Assembly: GCF_000015585.1 (NCBI RefSeq)
Contig: NC_008789.1
Span: forward strand, 2,040,001-2,072,000
DNA from: Halorhodospira halophila SL1
Lineage (GTDB): Bacteria; Pseudomonadota; Gammaproteobacteria; Nitrococcales; Halorhodospiraceae
DNA length: 32,000 nt
Direction of reading: 5' to 3'
Below are positions 1 through 9,333 of this stretch, piece after piece; position 1 is the stretch's first letter, and every line of letters begins with the position of its first letter. Position numbers and translations under genes: made by a program. The notes under the pieces were generated by a model. That model searched no databases, was not told where the DNA came from, and worked only from the letters and a program-made list of their open reading frames with translations.

Positions 1-816
1 GACGAGATCAGCGAGGAACTCTCGGTCGCCCTGTACGAACACCCCGATGCCATGCTCGCCTTCGGGCGCATCCGCTCCCGCGATCAGTACACCTACCAGC
101 ATAGCGTCAACGTCGGGGTGTTGCTGATGGCCTTTGCCCGCTACCTCCGCATGCCCGAACCCCACGTGCGCGCCCTCGGCTCCGCCGGCATCGTCCACGA
201 CATCGGCAAGACACTGCTGCCGGACGCGATCATCGCCAAACCCGGCCCCCTGACGCCGGAGGAGTACCAGCAGGTTAAGGACCACCCCTGGCGGGGCGCC
301 GAATTGCTGCGCCAGACCCCCGGGGCCACGTCGCTGGCCGTGCGGATCGCCGAGCAGCACCATGAGCGCATCGACGGCACCGGCTACCCCTACGGCCTGA
401 GCGGGCGTGAGCTGAGCATCGAGACCCGCATGGCCGCCATCGTCGACGTCTACGACGCCGTTACCGCCATCCGGTCCTACCACCGCGGCCGCCCCCCCAC
501 CGAGGGGCTGCGCATCATTGCCAGTGAGGCCGGCCAGGCCCTCGATGCCACACTGATCCGGCGATTCGTGCGCTGTGTCGGCATCTATCCGCCAGGCTCG
601 CTGGTCCGCCTGTCCACAGGCAAGCTGGCGGTGGTCCTGGAGGCCCATAAACGGGCCGCCGACAAGCCGCGGGTCCGGGTGGTCTACGACATCTCGGCCG
701 AGCGCATGATCGACCCGCCCCCCATCCTGGACCTCTCCCAGGGGCACCCCGCCCACCGCATCGAGCGCGCCGAGGATCCGGCGTCCTGGGCCCTGCCGCC
801 GGAACGCTTCCTCTAG
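1..816 (+). CDS. HD-GYP domain c-di-GMP phosphodiesterase, 5'-truncated by the window edge
   Basis: Frame 1 is open from nt 1 (DEISEELSVALYEHPDA precedes the Met at 52). It contains HDIGK and HHERIDGTGYP, the HD and GYP signatures, plus the typical C-terminal VGIYPPGSLVRL segment. Confidence 0.9.
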   Translation, partial: DEISEELSVALYEHPDAMLAFGRIRSRDQYTYQHSVNVGVLLMAFARYLRMPEPHVRALGSAGIVHDIGKTLLPDAIIAKPGPLTPEEYQQVKDHPWRGAELLRQTPGATSLAVRIAEQHHERIDGTGYPYGLSGRELSIETRMAAIVDVYDAVTAIRSYHRGRPPTEGLRIIASEAGQALDATLIRRFVRCVGIYPPGSLVRLSTGKLAVVLEAHKRAADKPRVRVVYDISAERMIDPPPILDLSQGHPAHRIERAEDPASWALPPERFL

Positions 817-861
817 ACGATTGGCTTAGAATGGGCCGTTCACTCCCCGACCGGCCCACCC

Positions 862-1296
862 ATGGAACTGCTGATCAAGTACACCGTCGTCTTCCTGCTC
901 GCTGCCACGCCGTGGATCGAACTGATGGTCGTCATCCCCATGGGGGCCGCCATGGGTCTGTCGGTCACCCCCCTGACCATCGTGGCCTTCATCGGCAACG
1001 CATTACCGGTGTTCGCCATCATCGCCCTGTTCCGCTGGTGGGAGCAGCGGCGGGGGCCAGTACAGCGGCGCTGGAGCGAACGGGCCACCCGGGTCTGGGA
1101 TCGGTACGGACTCCCGGGGCTGGCGCTGCTCGGGCCGGTGCTCACCGGCATCCACCTGGCGGCGGTGATGGCACTCGCCCTGGGGGCCTGGCGACGGCAG
1201 ACGGCACAGTGGATGGTCGCCAGCCTGGCGGTATGGGCCGTAGTCACTGGCGTGGTCACCGCCGCCGGGGTGGAGTGGCTGACCCGATCGGACTGA
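862..1296 (+). CDS. Small integral membrane protein, small multidrug export-like (COG2426 / Sm_multidrug_ex type)
   Basis: 144 aa with an ATG start and about 4 hydrophobic helices. The motif TPWIELMVVIPMGAAMGL...FIGNALPV resembles the small multidrug export protein family. Family assignment is from memory of the motif only. Confidence 0.65.
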   Translation: MELLIKYTVVFLLAATPWIELMVVIPMGAAMGLSVTPLTIVAFIGNALPVFAIIALFRWWEQRRGPVQRRWSERATRVWDRYGLPGLALLGPVLTGIHLAAVMALALGAWRRQTAQWMVASLAVWAVVTGVVTAAGVEWLTRSD

Positions 1297-1307
1297 ACGG
1301 GGCAGCG

Positions 1308-2378
1308 ATGACCTGGCGCAAGATCATCCACATCGACATGGACGCCTTCTACGCCTCGGTGGAGCAGCGCGACGACCCGAGCCTGCGCGGTCAACCCGTG
1401 GTGGTGGGCGGCTCCCCCGAAGGACGGGGCGTGGTCGCCGCGGCGAGTTACGAGGCGCGGGCATTCGGCATCCGCTCCGCGCAGCCCGCCGCCTGGGCCC
1501 GGCGCCGCTGTCCCGAGGCCATCTTCCTGCGCCCCCGGTTTGACCGCTACCGCGCCATTTCCCGGCAGATTCACGGCATATTCGCCGACTTCGCCACCAC
1601 CATCGAACCCCTATCCCTCGACGAGGCCTATCTGGATGTCACCGGCTCGCAACGGTTCCGCGGCTCGGCCACCCACATGGCCCAGGCAATTCGCCGGCGC
1701 ATCCGCGAGGAGACCGGGCTGACGGCCTCGGCGGGGGTGTCGTACAACAAGCTACTGGCCAAACTTGCCTCCGACGAAGGCAAACCCGACGGCCTCTATG
1801 TGGTCCCGCCCGAGGACGGGCCGGCGTACGTCGCGGCGCAGCCGATCCGCCGTCTTCACGGGGTCGGCCCCGCCACGGCGGCGCGCCTGGAGCGCCTGGG
1901 GATTCGGCAGGTGGGCGACCTGCTGGACTGGGAACTCGCCGACCTGCATGTGTTCCTGGGCAACCGCGCCGGCACCCTGCACGACGCCGCCCGCGGTATC
2001 GATCACCGGCCCGTCCGGCCGCGCCGCTCGCGCAAATCCATCGGCGCCGAGCGGACCTTCGGCGATGACACCCGGGATCTTGGGGAAATCCACCAGCGAC
2101 TGGCGCCACTGATCACCAAGGTGGCCACCCGGCTGGAGCACCACGAGCTGGTCGCCCGCACGGTGACCCTGAAACTCCGCTACGCCGACTTCGAGTCGAT
2201 CACGCGCCGGGTCTCGCCCCCCGGCCCGGTGGCACAGGCCGCGGACATCGAGGCCCTGATCCCCGCCCTGCTGGCCGAGACCGAGGCCGGCTCCCGGCCG
2301 GTGCGGTTGCTCGGCGTCAGCCTGTCGGGACTGCAGCCGAAGCAGCGCGAACAGGATCTGTTCAGCGCACTCACCTGA
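1308..2378 (+). CDS. dinB: DNA polymerase IV (Y-family translesion polymerase)
   Basis: MTWRKIIHIDMDAFYASVEQRDDPSLRGQPVVVGG, SLDEAYLDVT and SAGVSYNKLLAKLASD are canonical DinB motifs. The internal ATG at 1308 is used. The upstream 159 codons of the track ORF (831-1307) overlap the membrane-protein gene and look non-coding. Confidence 0.95.
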   Translation: MTWRKIIHIDMDAFYASVEQRDDPSLRGQPVVVGGSPEGRGVVAAASYEARAFGIRSAQPAAWARRRCPEAIFLRPRFDRYRAISRQIHGIFADFATTIEPLSLDEAYLDVTGSQRFRGSATHMAQAIRRRIREETGLTASAGVSYNKLLAKLASDEGKPDGLYVVPPEDGPAYVAAQPIRRLHGVGPATAARLERLGIRQVGDLLDWELADLHVFLGNRAGTLHDAARGIDHRPVRPRRSRKSIGAERTFGDDTRDLGEIHQRLAPLITKVATRLEHHELVARTVTLKLRYADFESITRRVSPPGPVAQAADIEALIPALLAETEAGSRPVRLLGVSLSGLQPKQREQDLFSALT

Positions 2379-3333
2379 CGCAGATGCTGCCGCCCCCTCG
2401 CCGCTTGGCGTCGTACATGGCACCGTCGGCCCGGGCCATGAGCTCCCGGGCACAATCCCCGGCTCGCCAGGCACTCACCCCGACACTCGCCCGACACCCC
2501 CCGGGCACCCCTGGGCACTGGGCCAGACGCAGTGCCAAGGCGCGAGCAACGACCTCGGCGCCCGCCTGGTCGGTGTCGCGGCAGAGGATCACGAACTCAT
2601 CCCCGCCCCAGCGCGCCACGGCGTCCGTCTCCCGAACCCGGGACTTGAGCAGCTCGGCCGCCTGCTGCAGTGCCTCATCGCCGGCCTGGTGGCCACGCTC
2701 GTCGTTGAGGGCCTTGAAACCATCCAGATCGAGGAAGATCAGACTGACCGGCGCCGCCGAACGCCGCGCCCGCTCCAGCTCTACTTCCAGGGCCCGCTCC
2801 AGACCGCGCCGATTGGTCAGACCGGTCAGCCAATCGACATGCAGCTGCTGGTCGAGCTCCACGATCCGCTGCTCCATGGCTTCCCGGGCGCGGTTGTAGC
2901 GCTCCTCGACCATCCGCAGCTCACGCACGGCTCCGGCAATACCACGCAGGCGCACCGGCCCCCCGGACTCGATGGACACCGCCGCCTCGTGCAACGGAGC
3001 CACCAGCTGACGGCGCAGCCACAGGCCGAACAACGCCGCCACACCAAGCGCCGTACCAGCCGAGATGAAGGCAACGACATAGGGGGATGATCCGGGTAGA
3101 TTCCGCTGGTATCCGGTCTCAGGCAGTTGCGGGACGTGGCCGAGCGAAGGATGGGCGGTCAGCAAGGTGGGCGACATGCTCCCCCCCGCCGCGGCAGGCA
3201 CGTCGGGACCGAGGTACGTGCCCGCCGCCGTGAAGACCACGCCGAAGATCAGGGCGAGCAACAACCCACCCAGCATGATCAGCGAACACAGCGGGATCCC
3301 TCGCAAAAGAGCCACCTCGGAAATCCATTCCAC
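2371..3333 (-). CDS. Membrane-anchored diguanylate cyclase (2 TM + coiled linker + GGDEF)
   Basis: The C-terminus has RWGGDEFVILC, LIFLDLDGFKALND and a GGDEF domain, preceded by two hydrophobic helices. The start is uncertain. Candidates are GTG at 3333 (VEWISEVALL...), ATG at 3276, and the track's GTG at 3579. The 3579 start would translate a low-complexity stretch and run through the long hairpin at 3366-3466. Confidence 0.8.
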   Translation of the reverse strand: MEWISEVALLRGIPLCSLIMLGGLLLALIFGVVFTAAGTYLGPDVPAAAGGSMSPTLLTAHPSLGHVPQLPETGYQRNLPGSSPYVVAFISAGTALGVAALFGLWLRRQLVAPLHEAAVSIESGGPVRLRGIAGAVRELRMVEERYNRAREAMEQRIVELDQQLHVDWLTGLTNRRGLERALEVELERARRSAAPVSLIFLDLDGFKALNDERGHQAGDEALQQAAELLKSRVRETDAVARWGGDEFVILCRDTDQAGAEVVARALALRLAQCPGVPGGCRASVGVSAWRAGDCARELMARADGAMYDAKRRGGGSICVR

Positions 3334-3365
3334 ACCGGGGACAGACGCCCCTCCGCCCGCATCCC

Positions 3366-3466
3366 AGCTGGCCGAAGTCAGGGCAGTACAGCCCCCCGTA
3401 TCGGGCCGAACCGTCAGGCCGGAGCCTGCAGGGCCCGAAACTGCACTGCCCTGACTTCGGCCAGCT
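3366..3466. repeat. About 101-nt extended inverted repeat / stem-loop of unknown function (REP/MITE-like or structured RNA)
   Basis: Arm 3366-3387 (agctggccgaagtcagggcagt) is the exact reverse complement of 3445-3466 (actgccctgacttcggccagct). Further inner pairings are cag/ctg, cgggcc/ggcccg and caggc/gcctg, closing on a cgga tetraloop. Confidence 0.8.
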
Positions 3467-3647
3467 TGCGCACGGGCAATGCTATCCCCTTGACACCGCG
3501 GGTTGCCATGCGAGCGGTGCGAGTCGTCCAAATCTCTAGACACCTCCCCCAGATTCCCCACTATGAAAAAGGGAACCACCGCACTACCCTAGATTTAGAG
3601 GAAGCCAAGCCACACGGAATCCATGGACGAGGGCGACATCGGAGCTC

Positions 3648-4327
3648 ATGCAGACGGAACTTGAGCAGTACATCCGCAAGACTGCCCGGGAGCGCGGGCT
3701 CCCCCTGGCGGAGCTGGCGCGGCGGGCCGGCATGAGCCGCCAGGCCCTCTACGACGCCTGGCAGCCGGGGCGTTACCCGAGCATGAGCACCATCGTGCGC
3801 ATCGCCAACGCGCTGGAGGTCCACCCCCTGGCACTGCTCGAGCCCATGTTCCGCAACGATTCCAACGCCACCGGCGTCACGGAGACCGTCGAGAACGGCG
3901 TCGACCGCAGCGGCTTCATCGGCGACCTCAACTACCCGGACGGCGCGCCGGTACTGGCCGGCAGTCGCTTTCGCAAGGGCTGGCAGTTGCAGAACCTGGG
4001 CGACCGGCCTTGGGTCGACCGCTACCTGGCCTGTCAGGACGAGGATATCCGCATCCTCGACACCGCAGGCACGCCCCGGGAGATCGGGGCCCGCCTGGTC
4101 CCGCTGCAACCTTCAGTGCCAATCCCGCGGACTGAACCCGGGGAACGGGTCACCCTGGAGGTGGACTTCACAGCTCCGCAAACCCCGGCCACTGTCATCT
4201 CCTACTGGAAGATGACCTTCGCCGACGGCTCCCTGTGCTTCCCGGACGCCCGCGGTGTCTGGGCCAAGATCCGCGTCATCGCACCGGTTGGCAGCGCTTC
4301 AAGGACCGACGGCGGGCGGGAGACGGA

Positions 4328-4331
<4 letters not shown>
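3648..4331 (+). CDS. XRE-family helix-turn-helix protein fused to an NBR1-type FW (Ig-like) domain
   Basis: The N-terminus LPLAELARRAGMSRQALYDAWQPGRYPSMSTIVRIANALEV is a classic XRE HTH. The C-terminus FIGDLNYPDGAPVLAGSRFRKGWQLQNLGDRPW...ISYWKMTFADGSLCFP matches the D-x-PDG...F-K-x-W-x-L-x-N-x-G-x-x-x-W pattern of the NBR1 FW / N_BRCA1_IG fold. GGAG lies at 3641-3644. Confidence 0.8.
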
Positions 4332-5452
<1,121 letters not shown>

Positions 5453-5476
5453 CGTGAAACCGTGCTCGTCTTCTAT

Positions 5477-5493
5477 CGTCTAAAGTTTAGACG
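5477..5493. promoter_or_regulatory. Perfect 17-bp palindrome CGTCTAAA-G-TTTAGACG in the amrS/amrB divergent promoter; candidate operator overlapping -10-like elements
   Basis: Base-by-base check shows 5477-5484 pairs with 5486-5493 around G5485. It is the AT-richest patch of the 80-bp intergenic region. TAAAGT (+) and TAAACT (-) are both -10-like. Confidence 0.5.
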
Positions 5494-5532
5494 GATCCAT
5501 ACCGACTACGGTTCCCGCGTCATCGGAGGTCA

Positions 5533-6345
5533 ATGGCCATGCACGAGACCACGCCCAAGGTTCGGCCGCCCGCCGTCGCCGGGCGCTTCTACCCCGGCGA
5601 GGCCGAGACCCTGCGACGGGCCGTCCGGGAGCTCCTGGCCGAGGCCGGGGAGCCGGAACGGGATCCGACCCGAGCGCCCCACGCCATGGTGCTCCCCCAC
5701 GCCGGCTACCCCTTCTCGGGCGCTGCGGCGGCCCGGGGCTATCAGCGCATCGTGCCAATCCGCGAGCAGCTTCGGCACGTGGTGTTGCTCGGCCCGGCGC
5801 ACTTCGTCGATCTAAGCGGCATCGCACTGCCCGCAGCCGACGCCCTGGCCACCCCGCTGGGGACAGTGCCGGTCAGTGCGACGCTGCGTGAGCGGGCATT
5901 GGAACACCCCGGCGTCCACATCGACGACTCGGCCCACGAGCGCGAGCACAGCCTCGAGGTCCACCTGCCCTTCCTGCAGACCCTGCTCGACGACTTCGAC
6001 GTCCTGCCGCTGGTGGTCGGCCGGGGCCCGGCGGAATCCTGTGGACGCCTGATCGAACAACTCTGGCAGGACGATACCCTGGTGGTGGTCAGCTCGGACC
6101 TGAGCCACTTCCACGACGACCCCACCGCTCGGCGGCTCGACGCCGAGACCACCGCCGCCATCGAGGCCGGCACCTTCGAGCAGATCACCCCGGAGCGGGC
6201 CTGCGGTGCCGCGCCCCTGCGCGGCCTGCTCTGGTTCGCGCGCAAGCACGGGCTGCAGACGCAGGCCATCGCCCAGTGCAACTCCGGCGACGTCACCGGG
6301 GATCGCTCCTCCGTCGTAGGGTACGGCAGTTATGTCGTCCACTGA
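5533..6345 (+). CDS. amrB: AmmeMemoRadiSam system protein B (MEMO1 family)
   Basis: PAVAGRFYPGEAETL, MVLPHAGYPFSG, EHSLEVHLPFLQ and VVVSSDLSHF are MEMO1-family hallmarks. GGAGG lies at 5525-5529. Confidence 0.9.
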   Translation: MAMHETTPKVRPPAVAGRFYPGEAETLRRAVRELLAEAGEPERDPTRAPHAMVLPHAGYPFSGAAAARGYQRIVPIREQLRHVVLLGPAHFVDLSGIALPAADALATPLGTVPVSATLRERALEHPGVHIDDSAHEREHSLEVHLPFLQTLLDDFDVLPLVVGRGPAESCGRLIEQLWQDDTLVVVSSDLSHFHDDPTARRLDAETTAAIEAGTFEQITPERACGAAPLRGLLWFARKHGLQTQAIAQCNSGDVTGDRSSVVGYGSYVVH

Positions 6346-6934
6346 GCAGGAACCGATCGGCACTGATCTACCGGCGGAGCACGGGGCCCTCCTGCCCCGC
6401 TTCGCCCGGCAGAACATCGCCCACCAGCACGAGGTGGGCGAGCCACTGCCCATCGCCTCTGGGCTGCCGGAGAGCCTCACCCGTCCCGGCGCAGCCTTCG
6501 TCTCGCTCCACCATGACGACGGCCTGCGCGGCTGCATGGGCACCTTGCTCCCCAAGCGCCCGCTGGTGAACAGCGTCATGGACTCGGCCCTGGACGCCGC
6601 CTTCAACGACCCGCGCTTCGAGGCGGTCGGCCGCGATGAGTTGAACGCGCTGACCGTCAAGGTCGCCGTCCTCGGCCCGGCGCGGCCCCTGGAGGTGTCG
6701 GACGAACAACAACTGCTGGCCGAGCTGGTCCCCGGCGAGGACGGCCTGATCCTCCACGACGGCCTGCGCCGCGCCACCTTCCTGCCGGCGGTCTGGGAGG
6801 CCCTGCCGGAGCCACAGGACTTCCTCATCCAGCTCAAGCTCAAGGCCGGCCTGCCGCCGGATCACTGGTCCGAGAACATTCAGTTCGCCCGCTACCGCTC
6901 GGTCACCTTCACTGACCCACCGCGCGGCGGCTGA
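6332..6934 (+). CDS. amrA: AmmeMemoRadiSam system protein A (AMMECR1 domain)
   Basis: GAAFVSLHHDDGLRGCMGTL... and RRATFLPAVWE are typical AMMECR1 motifs. It overlaps amrB by 14 nt, suggesting translational coupling. Confidence 0.9.
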   Translation: MSSTEQEPIGTDLPAEHGALLPRFARQNIAHQHEVGEPLPIASGLPESLTRPGAAFVSLHHDDGLRGCMGTLLPKRPLVNSVMDSALDAAFNDPRFEAVGRDELNALTVKVAVLGPARPLEVSDEQQLLAELVPGEDGLILHDGLRRATFLPAVWEALPEPQDFLIQLKLKAGLPPDHWSENIQFARYRSVTFTDPPRGG

Positions 6935-6978
6935 CGGTCTTGCAGGAATCCGCCCACTCTGGCGTAATAGAGGGCTTC

Positions 6979-7067
6979 GGAAGGGTGGCCGAGTGGTCGA
7001 AGGCGGCTGACTCGAAATCAGCTGTGGGTCCTGCCCACCGGGGGTTCGAATCCCTCCCCTTCCGCCA
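6979..7067 (+). tRNA. tRNA-Ser (anticodon CGA), with encoded CCA
   Basis: Acceptor stem GGAAGGG/CCCTTCC. Anticodon arm GCTGA-CTCGAAA-TCAGC. Long variable arm. T-arm GGGGG-TTCGAAT-CCCTC. Discriminator G followed by CCA. Confidence 0.95.
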
Positions 7068-7210
7068 GTTATCCTCGTGAATCAGAACGACCTCCCTGTA
7101 ACAACGTCTTCACGGATCGACCCACACCGGGCGGAGTCCTGAACGGCGCCTGCGAGGGAAACTCGCTTGTGTGACCTCGGTCTATGAAGCCAACTCCGCC
7201 CCCCCCGCAT

Positions 7211-8704
7211 TCAGCCCTCCCCCAGCGCCGCGCGCAGCCGATCGCAGACCGTCTGGAGCACCTTGATGCGCGCGAAGCGCTTGTCGTCGCCCTCGACCAG
7301 GGTCCATGGGGCGTATTCGGTGCTGGTGCTGGTAATCATCTCGTCGACGGCGTCCTTGTAGAGCGGCCACTGCTCGCGGTTGCGCCAGTCTTCGTCGGTA
7401 ATCTTGTACTGCTTGTGCGGGGTGTTTTCCCGCTCGCGGAAGCGCCGCAGTTGCTCCTCCTCGCTGACGTGGAGCCAGAATTTGAGCAGGATGGAGCCGT
7501 TTTCGGCCAGCTGTTCCTCGAAGTCGTTGATCTCGGCGTAGGCGCGGCGCCACTCGGGCTCGCTGGCAAAGCCCTCGACGCGCTCGACGAGCACGCGCCC
7601 ATACCAGGAGCGGTCGTAGATGATGATGTGGCCGGCGCGCGGCAGTTGGCGCCAGAAGCGCCACAGGTAGTGGTGTGCCCGCTCCTCATCGGTCGGGGCG
7701 GCGATGGGAATGGTGCGGTAGAGGCGCGCGTCGAGCGCTTGGGCCAGGCGGCGGATGGCACCGCCCTTGCCGCCGGCGTCGACCCCTTCGAAGACAAGCA
7801 CCGTGCTCCGCCGGCTTTTGTAGGCCTGCCAGGCCAGTTCGTTGAGCTCGCGCTGGTAGCGCTTCAGCGCCTGCTTGTAGGCCTCGCGCTCGAGGGTCTG
7901 GGTCAGGTCCAGCTGGCCGAGCCGTGACGTCGGCGCGCTCGTCGAATCGGGCGGATCGAGGGACGGGGGCGCCGCCGCGGACTCCGGGGGGAACGGCTGC
8001 TGCAGCCGATTGCGGATGGCCTGGAGCAGGGTCTGGCCGACGGTGAGATCGCGATAGCGCCGGTCCGCGGCCTCGATCAGATACCAGGGCGCCAGACCGC
8101 TGTCGGTCCGGCGAATGACCCGCTCGGCGACGGCCTCGAAGCGCTGATACTGGGCGCTGAACTTGGCCTTCTTGGGCCGCATCCGCCAGCGGCTGCGCGG
8201 GTCGCCCGAGAGCTGCTTGAGCCGCTTCTTCTGATCCGCCTCCGAGAGGTGGAACCAGAACTTCACCACCAGGGCGCCATCGAGGGTCAGTGAGCGCTCG
8301 AAATCGGTGATGCGCCGGAGCTCGGCATCGAGCGCTGCGTCGTCGCAGACGCCGCCGAAGCGCTCCTCGATCGGTGCCAGGTACCAGCCGCCGAACAGGA
8401 TGGCGATCTCGCCGCGCGGCGGCAGCGCCCGCCAGAAGCGCCAGTAGCGCGGCCGCTCGCGCTCCTCGTCGCTGGACTCCCAGAACGCGAAGGTCTGCAC
8501 GCCGCGGGTGTCGAGCCACTCGTTGAGGCGGTTGACCACCTCGCCCTTGCCGGCGGCTTCGACCCCGGCGACGATGACGATGACCGGGATCTGGCTGTCC
8601 CGCAGGGCGCGCTGGGCCTCCAATAGCTCCACCCGCAGCGCATCCCGCTGCGCCTTGAACGCCTGTTTGTCGACCCTGTGGCCGACCTTGGCTACCTCGA
8701 ACAT
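7211..8704 (-). CDS. pap: Two-domain PPK2 family enzyme, polyphosphate:AMP phosphotransferase type
   Basis: Two tandem PPK2 modules, each with a Walker-A-like loop (VAGVEAAGKGEV and FEGVDAGGKGGA) and YLWRFW / YWRFWR motifs. At 497 aa, the length matches two-domain PAP enzymes. Confidence 0.9.
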   Translation of the reverse strand: MFEVAKVGHRVDKQAFKAQRDALRVELLEAQRALRDSQIPVIVIVAGVEAAGKGEVVNRLNEWLDTRGVQTFAFWESSDEERERPRYWRFWRALPPRGEIAILFGGWYLAPIEERFGGVCDDAALDAELRRITDFERSLTLDGALVVKFWFHLSEADQKKRLKQLSGDPRSRWRMRPKKAKFSAQYQRFEAVAERVIRRTDSGLAPWYLIEAADRRYRDLTVGQTLLQAIRNRLQQPFPPESAAAPPSLDPPDSTSAPTSRLGQLDLTQTLEREAYKQALKRYQRELNELAWQAYKSRRSTVLVFEGVDAGGKGGAIRRLAQALDARLYRTIPIAAPTDEERAHHYLWRFWRQLPRAGHIIIYDRSWYGRVLVERVEGFASEPEWRRAYAEINDFEEQLAENGSILLKFWLHVSEEEQLRRFRERENTPHKQYKITDEDWRNREQWPLYKDAVDEMITSTSTEYAPWTLVEGDDKRFARIKVLQTVCDRLRAALGEG

Positions 8705-8810
8705 CGAACCTGTACCCGCTTGCGCCGTGGTGTCGAATGCTCGACGGATGCGGCCCCTTCATCGCACAGGACGGTCCGCTCCGCTTGCGGTCGCGACCGA
8801 TCCGGCCGAC

Positions 8811-9308
8811 TCAGCCCGCGAACTGCCTTTCTGCCCGTCGGCAGATTGCCCGTGCCAGCCCCTTGAACAGCACGGCGTGCGCCGGCTCCATGGCGTACCA
8901 GTACATGCGCCCCGGCACCCCCCGCGGGGACCAGTACGCCGTCACCCGCACCTGGGTTTCCCGCCGCTCGTGGGGCTGCACGGTAAACTCGAGCACTCCG
9001 GTGCCCGGGGCCTTCATGCCGAAGCCGAGCGCCAGGCGCTCCTGGGGCTCCACCACCAGCACCCGCCAGGAGTCGATGACGTCGCCGGGGCGCAGATCGG
9101 TGTGCAACGGCCGCCCCCGACTGAGCCCGCGGCCGCCGAGCAGCGCATCCAGGGACTCGCGCAGGCTCCACAGCGGGTTCATGTAGTAGTAGCGGTTGGG
9201 CCCACCGATGGACACGCACTGCTCCCAAACCGCCGGCAGCGGTGCCGCGGTGGTCGCGCTCGCCCCGGCCCGGAAGGGGAAGCGCGGGTAGTCCAGCGGA
9301 TTGGTCAT
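8811..9308 (-). CDS. DUF2867-domain protein
   Basis: The internal ATG at 9308 (MTNPLDYPRF...) is used. LWSLRESLDALLGGRGLSRGRP...GDVIDSWRV...GTGVLEFTV...YWYAMEPAHAVLF fits the DUF2867 pattern. The upstream part of the track ORF overlaps the TolC-family gene. Confidence 0.75.
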   Translation of the reverse strand: MTNPLDYPRFPFRAGASATTAAPLPAVWEQCVSIGGPNRYYYMNPLWSLRESLDALLGGRGLSRGRPLHTDLRPGDVIDSWRVLVVEPQERLALGFGMKAPGTGVLEFTVQPHERRETQVRVTAYWSPRGVPGRMYWYAMEPAHAVLFKGLARAICRRAERQFAG

Positions 9309-9333
9309 AGGCGACGGCTCCTTGTTTGCGATG

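Noticed and set aside
831-1307. N-terminal 159-codon extension of the dinB ORF
   Set aside because: The extension overlaps the well-formed membrane-protein gene (862-1296) in another frame and is low-complexity. DinB homology begins exactly at the Met at 1308 (MTWRKIIHIDMDAFYASVE).
1-3579. HD-GYP, dinB and GGDEF as a coordinated c-di-GMP/mutagenesis module
   Set aside because: The three genes are separate transcription units, with the GGDEF gene convergent to dinB. c-di-GMP genes are numerous in such genomes, so proximity alone is not evidence of a functional link.
3623-3664. 13-codon mini-ORF (MDEGDIGAHADGT) overlapping the XRE gene start
   Set aside because: It has no RBS, is out of frame with and overlaps the real start, and is far too short to support without conservation or ribosome profiling data.
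6935-7210. tRNA-Ser(CGA) as an integration hotspot or genomic island boundary
   Set aside because: There is no integrase, excisionase or phage/ICE gene on either side. I found no direct repeat of the tRNA 3' end in the 143-bp spacer. The flanking genes (amrA, pap) have native-looking composition.
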